DNA from: Takakia lepidozioides
Lineage: Eukaryota > Plantae > Bryophyta
Direction of reading: 5' to 3'
DNA length: 12,000 nt
Assembly: GCA_030704615.1 (NCBI GenBank)
Contig: JAKLZA010000039.1
Coordinates: 1 to 12,000 of the forward strand
Both the position numbers and the translations under genes were made by a program. Positions within the stretch are counted from its first letter, which is position 1. The number at the start of each line of letters is the position of its first letter. Below are positions 1 to 6,960 of the stretch, in pieces. Under the pieces are notes generated by a model. The model ran no database searches. It saw nothing but the letters and a program-made list of their open reading frames with translations, and was not told the DNA's origin.

Positions 1-150
1 CTTAGTTTTTATTTTTTTATTTTTATTTTTCATATGGTACTGGGTTAGGGTGTTTGCTTTTCTTTATGGTGTTGGTTTTTGGATTGGCGGTTTTGGTTGT
101 GGGTCTTGGGGTTAAAAGGATAAACGGTGTAATTAGGATTCACATACCCA

Positions 151-506
151 TGTCAAGTTAAATAAGCACAGTGTGAAAACAGCTAGAATAAAACTAGTTA
201 TTTGTATTTAACACTTGGATTTAGGTCAAGTGTTAAATCAGGTGTCAAGTTTAGTTTGACACCTGGTCTGTCTTATCTTCACGAGAGCGGCAGTCGCGCA
301 GCTCATCTCTCTCGAGTTGAGCCTGCGCGACCGAGCTCCTGCATGTGTTTAGGTTTTAGTGTGCTTATGTAGGGATACAGGTTGTTGTGGGGTGGAGGCC
401 CCATAGCTTGGGGTGCCCCTGGCTCGACTTCAGTTTCAATGAGTGATAGCGATGGATTTTATATTTCTTGTGTTGGGAGTGTATGTCCTTTCAAGCTTCT
501 TTATCA
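151..506 (+). repeat. 5' LTR (TG...CA; 3' end at 506 inferred)
   Basis: 151-485 matches 11666-12000 with 2 substitutions (183C/11698T, 398G/11913T) and no indels. Similarity stops sharply upstream of TGTCAAG. The end is inferred from TTATCA at 501-506, directly followed by the LTR-complementary PBS-like 18-mer. Confidence 0.85.
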
Positions 507-524
507 CTCGAGAGAGATGAGCTG
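507..524 (+). promoter_or_regulatory. Putative self-priming primer-binding site
   Basis: CTCGAGAGAGATGAGCTG lies directly after CA(505-506) and is the exact reverse complement of 299-316 inside the LTR. No tRNA-type TGG PBS was found here. Confidence 0.6.
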
Positions 525-884
525 TTACCTGTGAGTGCAAGGTAGGAGTTGTGGGTTAGCACTTGCAAGATTACCTGTGTGTAAGTAGTGCTTAGTTTGA
601 GAAGCATATCATTGAATGTGATCACAAGATTCAGCGTGCCCTGAAACGCCTGGAGGATGACGATGCCGGAGCCGCCACTGTTATTGCAGTCGCTAAAGCT
701 ACCAAGTCACCAGAGGCTTTGGAGTACACGAGGAGAGACTTAAAAATGCAGCAGCAAATGCTAGTTGGCACCTATGCGTGATCCTTGAAGCTGGATGATT
801 GTTTTTCCCCAGTAAGCTTAGAGAGAAGCTCTACCGTGCAGCATGGAGCAGCGCTGGCAAGCGGTGAACGCTGATACCTGCACT

Positions 885-974
885 CTTGCAGTCTTGGAGT
901 CCAAGCTAGGACACAGGGAATATGACCGGTCAACAACCAAGGTGCTGCATTTGATCAACAATCCTGAAGTGGAG
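885..974 (+). pseudogene. MAD1: Captured fragment of spindle checkpoint protein MAD1 (Mad2-binding region)
   Basis: Translates LAVLESKLGHREYDRSTTKVLHLINNPEVE. This resembles plant MAD1 'LESKLGHGDY...T(K/R)VL' and animal MAD1 'GDYDQSRTKVLHMSLNP' (recalled sequences). It is too short to appear in the ORF track. Confidence 0.75.
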
Positions 975-985
975 GGAGAATTGCG

Positions 986-1254
986 ATGGCCGCAGTAGCG
1001 CCATCTGCAGCGAGGTGCGGGCGCTGTTGAGAGGCTTTCTCAGAGAAGCGTGAAGATTTACGCACTATAATGTGCGGGAGTACGTGAAACGGCGAAGTCG
1101 GGAAGCGTTTAAGGACAATTCCGAGCTGTCGGATCTTTCCAGCGTTGTCTCTGCTTTCAATCAGGGGAAGCAGCAGTTGGAATTGACCAGGCGGCAATCG
1201 GTTGTGTATTCGTTGTATCAACCTCGAATGACGAGTGTAATGGACTTGAAGATT
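986..1254 (+). pseudogene. ISD11: Captured near-full-length LYR-motif protein 4 / ISD11 (mitochondrial Fe-S cluster assembly), disrupted
   Basis: Reconstructs as MAAVAPSA-[frameshift ~1010]-EVRALLRGFLREA*RFTHYNVREYVKRRSREAFKDNSELSDLSSVVSAFNQGKQQLELTRRQSVVYSLYQPRMTSVMDLKI. The F..YN.REY..RR...F and L....RQ..V..LY patterns are typical of LYRM4/ISD11. In-frame TGA at 1051-1053. Confidence 0.88.
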
Positions 1255-1821
1255 CGCAAGGGGGACTCGGACTCAAGGACTCGATTCTGCTGGCGGGAAG
1301 AAAAGGATTTTGGTCTGCAGATTGGATAGTCCATTCCGATGTACATCCCGCCCGTCAAACTTGCATATAACGTGGAAAGTTTAGGTTTCAGGTTGTCCTG
1401 TGTGCTTGATGTGAAATGGTTGAGTGGAATAGTAAATCTCTGAGAATGTAACAGGCTCGAGACAAAGTCAAAAGCGGACTCTGCAGGTGAAGGGGAGTTT
1501 TCTTGGTTTTCTTTCATTTGGTGAGCATGCCTGGGAGCGTGGAGGTGTGAGGAGTGGCAGGGCTTTTCATCAGTTGCATCTTTCTCAGGGCTGTGTGTTT
1601 CACTAGTTGAACATCTTCGAAGCTGAATTACGGCTTAATTGGAAACCCGTACCCTGCTACTTCTGCCTATCAAGGTTATGGTGGGGGTGGATCAGGGGGG
1701 CAGGTGTTCCAGCTCCAGTTGTGTGCATATGTAACCTACCTCCCCGTAATCTCTTTTAGTCTCCTCTAGGAGAGGTTACTTACTTGGACTGACAGACCTG
1801 GATCAGTCTGGAAGAAAGTTT

Positions 1822-2039
1822 GACCTGCGAATAACGTCCGTCCTTGTGATCCTTCTTCCTGTTCAAGAACCAGTCAGGTATCTTGAACTGCGGGGATTCG
1901 CGACAATCACCATCAAGTTCTCCAGCTCCGCACCCGACAGCTCACCAGCTCTCTTGCTGGTGTCGACGTCCGCCTTCTTGCAGACCAGGTTAGCGAAACG
2001 GCGCCCCACTCCCTTGATGGAGGTCAAAGCAAACATGAT
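1822..2039 (-). pseudogene. RPS18: Captured internal fragment of 40S ribosomal protein S18 (uS13), antisense to the element
   Basis: The minus strand reads [49 protein letters not shown]-[1-nt deletion ~1891][24 protein letters not shown], a plant-type RPS18. Both termini are missing. Confidence 0.96.
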
Positions 2040-2490
2040 CGCTACCTGAATTGAGATAGTGCCTTGCCCTATCGGAGTATGCAGACCTATGCTCCAAGCT
2101 TCAACAAATGACGAAGCTGATCTGGTTACTCTCCACTTTGTGGATAGTCCAACACAGTTGCCTTTGTCAATAAGCTCCTTCACCACTTCCACATTTGACA
2201 CTAGGTCCGAAGATTGTCTGAAGAGAGAGCAAGTGCAGATGGCAGCTGCCCACCAGGTTCTGACAGAGTATCATCAGGGCTTGTCCTGCATTAGGGATGG
2301 CTCGAGTGCTTGCATCACGGGAAATAGATGCCTGACGCTGCACAGGCCACCACCATCGCCATAGCCATCCACCCGAGCTCGAGAGTCGTCGCTGGAGCAA
2401 AGCAGCTCACTAAGCGAGCAAGTCTGTGGTGCATCTGTAACCACAAATGAAACCGGGAACGGTTCTTAATGGCGGGAACGTTTTGGTGTT

Positions 2491-2510
2491 AAAAAAAAAA
2501 AAAAAAAAAA
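2491..2510 (+). repeat. Poly(A)20 tract
   Basis: 20 consecutive A residues between the host-fragment mosaic and the extra ORF. Confidence 0.95.
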
Positions 2511-2745
2511 CTTTGATATAATAAATGATTTAGAGCCTGGTTGGTCATAACTTTGTCAAATGGACTCCGTTGACTCAGTTTTTGGGGGATAGCTGCAGAA
2601 AGGGGAAATCTACCTATCTAGACCTGGTTTTGTTTTGGGACTCTGCTAAAAATCTATGGAATTTTTAGAGTGTGAGTGTGCCATGAAAGATCCACAATCC
2701 TGTTTCTAGAACCTGTGCTGGTCTATATGAGAGACAAATCTGTGG

Positions 2746-3510
2746 ATGTACTCCTGCATGGCTGGGGGAAATGAGGACGTAATTGAAGGGCAGGTCTCTT
2801 CTCTTAGCTGTGCACACAAGGGGACAGGATTCTATGTTTCCCAAGGAACTCAGACTGATTTGAGTGGAGAACAGTTGGACGAGTTGATTGCATACTGGGA
2901 GTCAGGCATTAGCAGTAGACAACAGACTGCTGTAGTTGGCATTGAGGGCCTCAATATCGCCTTGGACAGTCAGAACTCTGTTGGAGCCAGCAGTTCTGCA
3001 GCTGTAGGTGAAATACCAAAGTGGGTGAAAGCTAGGCTTGGAACACAGCCAAAGACAGCCCCGGGGACCAAGGTGTTCAGCCACAAGGCCGTGGTGTACT
3101 GGAGCAGAGGAGCAGGAGCTGCACAAGTTTGTGCAATTAGACAGTGTTGCAGTCGGACACGCTCTGCACAAGGCAACCACGAGCGGGGGTTCATTAGCGA
3201 GGACAAGTTTGTTCTGTTTGAAGGCGATGCAGTCATTCGCAATGAAGACACCCGCAACCGTCTCAAAGCTTTCGAGTTGAGAGACTATCAGACCCTACCT
3301 TTGTTTTCTTTAGTGTTCAGTGAGGAGGGGGAGATAGCAGAGTGTTGCTTTGTCTCTACCTGGCAGAAAGAGGAGGAGGGTTGGTTAGAGCGAGCTACTG
3401 TAGCTTGGGACAAGGTTAGTGGCAGGTTTCTGGACATAGATATACCTCCTACACCTTACCATCAAGCAGAGCGAGGCACTTTGAGAGAAGTCTGGAAGTT
3501 GATAGCATAG
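2746..3510 (+). CDS. Extra ORF upstream of gag, 254 aa, unknown function
   Basis: ATG-to-TAG ORF on the same strand as gag-pol with a globular-looking C-terminal half. No family recognised. 3105-3190 may be read out of frame (alternative frame EEQELHKFVQLDSVAVGHALHKATTSGG). Confidence 0.6.
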   Translation: MYSCMAGGNEDVIEGQVSSLSCAHKGTGFYVSQGTQTDLSGEQLDELIAYWESGISSRQQTAVVGIEGLNIALDSQNSVGASSSAAVGEIPKWVKARLGTQPKTAPGTKVFSHKAVVYWSRGAGAAQVCAIRQCCSRTRSAQGNHERGFISEDKFVLFEGDAVIRNEDTRNRLKAFELRDYQTLPLFSLVFSEEGEIAECCFVSTWQKEEEGWLERATVAWDKVSGRFLDIDIPPTPYHQAERGTLREVWKLIA

Positions 3511-3777
3511 ATCAGGATTAGATCTTGCTTGGGCGGGCGGGCTTCTATTCTTCCCCTCCATCTCTGTACTATTTTCATTACCTTGTACTTGTAGTTGCCA
3601 AAGCCTCTCTTGGTGGAGGCCAGTCAGTCCGGGGGTTGGGCTGGGATATTCTGCAGGATCAGCTGCTGCTGGATTTTGGTGTGGGGTGTTGATGTTTTGA
3701 TTTCTTGTGTTTGGATCCCCCCCAACACCTGCATGCTTGACTGCGCCATGTTGGTTTTGTGTGGGCGCTTGCTTTCA

Positions 3778-3909
3778 TAGGGATTAGGCCGGATTTGATC
3801 ACCGGTCAATCCTAGAGTATGCTGTCGGTGGTGAGGCTGGAGTGATGACCAGCAAGACCACCAGTGTTTCTTCTATGGTGAGGCTGGGTTGATGACCAGC
3901 CAACCATAG
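3778..3909 (+). promoter_or_regulatory. Cluster of three stem-loops in the pre-gag leader, including a duplicated 25-nt unit
   Basis: TGGTGAGGCTGGnnTGATGACCAGC occurs at 3829-3853 and 3876-3900 (23/25 identical), each folding through GCTGG/CCAGC. A further hairpin spans 3778-3814. Confidence 0.6.
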
Positions 3910-4080
3910 GAGTTCTTGCGGTGGATGCAGGTGCAGGTGCCCTGAGCCATTGGGATATGACCCTTAGACTGCAACAGGTGCCCACCCGTGTCACTATTAG
4001 ATTAGTACTAGAGCCTTATAGTGTCACGTGGAGGAGGTGCACATTGTGAGTGTCATTACGGAGTTACCCAAGGGTTTTGA

Positions 4081-5673
4081 GGGAGAGCTACAGGCAGTAA
4101 CAGTGAGAGTGGGTTCACAAGACGAGGTATTCGGTTCAGACCACCTTCACCGCCACCCTCAATTACTGTAGAGTCAGACACAGACTCGGGGCTTCATCAA
4201 CAGGTGTGCACTTTCATTCGCCATTTGTGGGACGACATGGAGGAGATGTATGGAGCTACCAAGGGGCCTCGTAGGTACTCTGGAGCTGTGGGCACAATCG
4301 AGTTGGATGACTTTATCCAGGAGTTCGACAGCTGGTGTGATTTGCAGCAGATGCGCAATCCACAGCTATTCACCCCATTCATGGCGTGGAAGGGACTGTT
4401 CCAGCATTTGGAAGGCCCGCCTATGGACGATTACCACGAGTTCAGGCGAGGACATGAAGCAGAGATTGAGGAGTGGAGGATGTATTGGTCACCTGACTAC
4501 GTCTCCATTACTCGAGGCACGACGCGACCAGTAGCTGCATCAGTACCAATAGCTCCCACTGCCAGCACTAGTAGTGGAGCAGTAGTGCTGGTACTTCTGA
4601 GGTGGTACCAGTTCAAAGGTGCTACTACTCCTCCTGCCACACTACAACACATGTGCCTAGATTCAACCCGGTGGTGGAGTTCTTCCAGGAGTTGCGGAGG
4701 AACTACCAAGGTGTACGGACGGACAGAGAAGCTGCGAAGTTTGCAAGACTTCCAGCGCAAACCCAGTGAGAGCCTGCGAGAGGCGTACACTCGTATGAGG
4801 CGCTTGATAAGTGTGACCCAAGGGGTTACTGAAGCTCAGGCAATCCAGTTTTGGTATGGAATTCTGGACAAGGAGCTCAAGAGAAGGGTGCGAGATGCAA
4901 CCCTGTTACAAGCAGCCCAACCCACATTAGCAGATGTGTTTCTGCTGGCTGAGCGGATTGAGCTCAACATGGTGGAGGAGCGAGTTGTTACAATTGGATT
5001 TGGCAAGGACATGCCTGTACGGGGCACAGCTGTCAGCCCACAAGCACAAGGGACTGCCCAACAGCGTGGTCAGGGGGGCAAGGTTGCCCAGCCCAAGTTC
5101 CATGGAGCTTACAGGGGACCTCAGGTGCAGAGGCCCGTGGCATCTTTTGCAGGCCAACAGCAACCAGGGGTGATATGTTGGACATGTGGAGGACCCCATG
5201 TCAAGAGAGATTGCCCAGAGAGTGGCAGAAGGCCGGCACAAGCACAGCCTGCACAGTTGCAGTGTGGGCATTGTGGCAAGTATGGGCATGGAGATGCCCA
5301 GTGTTATGACTTGCATCCTGAGTTGCGCCCAGGCCAGTTCCAAGGGAACAATGGTGGCCGGGGGCGAGGTGGACCAGCCCAAAGAGGACGAGGTGGTCGG
5401 GCACGAGGTGCAGGCCAAGGGCAAGCTCCACATGGCCAAGGACGCGGAGGTCAGGGTGTTGACCAAGGCATGGCCAATCGGCTTCAGCAGCTAGAGCAGA
5501 GGCTCGCTGCCATGGCTATAGCTCAGGCGGTACCGGCTCCCAGGCGGGATGGTCCACCTCCTGCTCCTGAGGGAGGAGATATGGGCGGAATGGGATTCAT
5601 GTGCGGAGCAGCACTACCACTAGAGCAGGTGGAGTCTGCCAGCCGTGACTCGAGGAGCAGCACGAGTTCCTGA
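4081..5673 (+). CDS. gag: Gag (capsid-like region, two zinc knuckles, RGG-rich nucleocapsid); start uncertain, internal compensating frameshifts
   Basis: The frame is open from 4081. It contains a retrotransposon Gag-like segment 'KLRSLQDFQRKPSESLREAYTRMRRL...QFWYGIL', the knuckles CWTCGGPHVKRDC (5176-5214) and CGHCGKYGHGDAQC (5263-5304), and a GRGRGG tract. Confidence 0.88.
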   Translation, partial: GRATGSNSESGFTRRGIRFRPPSPPPSITVESDTDSGLHQQVCTFIRHLWDDMEEMYGATKGPRRYSGAVGTIELDDFIQEFDSWCDLQQMRNPQLFTPFMAWKGLFQHLEGPPMDDYHEFRRGHEAEIEEWRMYWSPDYVSITRGTTRPVAASVPIAPTASTSSGAVVLVLLRWYQFKGATTPPATLQHMCLDSTRWWSSSRSCGGTTKVYGRTEKLRSLQDFQRKPSESLREAYTRMRRLISVTQGVTEAQAIQFWYGILDKELKRRVRDATLLQAAQPTLADVFLLAERIELNMVEERVVTIGFGKDMPVRGTAVSPQAQGTAQQRGQGGKVAQPKFHGAYRGPQVQRPVASFAGQQQPGVICWTCGGPHVKRDCPESGRRPAQAQPAQLQCGHCGKYGHGDAQCYDLHPELRPGQFQGNNGGRGRGGPAQRGRGGRARGAGQGQAPHGQGRGGQGVDQGMANRLQQLEQRLAAMAIAQAVPAPRRDGPPPAPEGGDMGGMGFMCGAALPLEQVESASRDSRSSTSS

Positions 5674-6169
5674 GCACGAGGTGCAGAGGTGGAGTTGGAT
5701 CCACAACGTGGGGAGGCAAGCCGTCAGGCAAGGGCCTCAGTCATTCACTTGGCGGAGACAGTGTCAACGCCATCCATGGCACCTAGTTCTCGCCCGACTG
5801 TTACCGAGGCGGAGGTTACTATGCCATTGGGGAGAGCTACACGTGCAGCACTGACACCTGCTACCAAGGCTAGTGCAGCCGGTGTGTTATTGGGGGCAGC
5901 CACCTCTGTGTGTCAAGCCCCACTGTTCTCGGCAACCATGATTGCGACGCCGGGGGTGAGACCAGCTGCAGTGTTCAGACTAGCAGCAACACTCTGTGAG
6001 AGTGGGGAGGTCACTTCATCTTCTGCGGAGAGTTAGTGGAAGGTGTAGTGGCAGAGGGATCCTCGGATTTGAGGGTCAAGACTGCCACGGCGCGCGCCCT
6101 GGCAAGCTGCAGCTGCCAGTTGACGGAGCTGCCAGCTAGGCCAGCCTTTGAGCGCGCCATGGTGACACC

Positions 6170-6610
6170 TGGAGTTGTCTTGTTAGACAACCAGGGAGGC
6201 ATTTTCACTTTGAGTGGACCGGCAGGCAAGAAGTACCGGCCACTGCGGGTCTTGTTGGACTCAGGAGCTCAGCCACTGATGTTGGGCAGAGCTGCTATTG
6301 CAGGTTTGGGCCTCATGGAGGCGGATATGGAGCCTTGTCCTTTCCAGATACAGACATCTCTGGGAGGATCAGAGCAGGCTCGGCATGACACGGCATCAGT
6401 TGGCTATTAGACTGCAGCGGATCATCCTGTAGATGGCTCAGTGATGCGAGCCAAGGCCATTGTGACAGACGCGGTCTCTTACGATGTCCTCGTTGGTGGG
6501 GCAGTGTTATACCCCATGGGCTTCACCCTGGATTTCTGGGAGGAGTCAGCATCCTACAGGCCTGGATGGCAGTCAGGGGATGGTCGCCGTGCACAGCTCC
6601 TGTGACATTC
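6170..6610 (+). CDS. pol: Pol: aspartic protease domain (frameshifted)
   Basis: RVLLDSGAQPLML with catalytic DSG at 6258-6266, flap-like IQTSLGG, and C-terminal YDVLVGG..LYPMGFTLDF. Confidence 0.88.
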
Positions 6611-6960
6611 ATTGGGGGTATTGCAGCTGCCCAGCGGGGCAAGATGCCAACACTAGCCGCCTTCACAGCTGCAGTTAGTTGGCCTGGAGAGTTGCTGGAA
6701 GGCAATGCCCATGCAGAGGATGTGCCACCTCCAGCAGAGCAGGATGACATGCATGGTACGGCGGAGTTGCCTGCCATGGTTGCTCACACTCCGTTGTGGG
6801 GTACGAGCAAGGATTTGCAGCAAGCTGCTGATGGACGGGTGCAACAAGCTTGGTAGAAGCTTTTGTACCGTCAGGAGAGGAGGAGAGTGCGGTGATTGCA
6901 CCAGGGCCACCTCAGTTGTCGCCATTGGACACCACACCTCTTGTGTGGCAGCGGCCGGAT

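Noticed and set aside
1-150. T/G-rich flank containing GGGTTAGGG, possibly telomeric
   Set aside because: Only one telomere-like unit within low-complexity sequence; treated as host flanking DNA.
617-626. Palindrome TGTGATCACA as an alternative 5' LTR end (CACA at 626)
   Set aside because: No PBS-like sequence follows it, whereas CA at 506 is followed by the LTR-complementary 18-mer. It cannot be fully excluded without sequence beyond 12000.
1072-2201. ORFs 1072-1329 and 1863-2201 as functional ISD11 and RPS18 genes
   Set aside because: ISD11 has a frameshift and an in-frame stop. RPS18 lacks both ends, is frameshifted and is fused to unrelated sequence.
2161-2201. [12 protein letters not shown] (minus strand) as an ankyrin repeat
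   Set aside because: The preceding TPLH-type motif is absent and the match is too short to support.
627-2490. CRISPR-like array interpretation of the host-fragment mosaic
   Set aside because: No repeated separator sequence was found between fragments, lengths are irregular, and there are no cas-like genes.
2556-2575. CA-AA-TGGACTCCGTTG as a tRNA-type PBS
   Set aside because: Only a loose resemblance to a tRNA 3' end, and nothing shows that the LTR extends this far.
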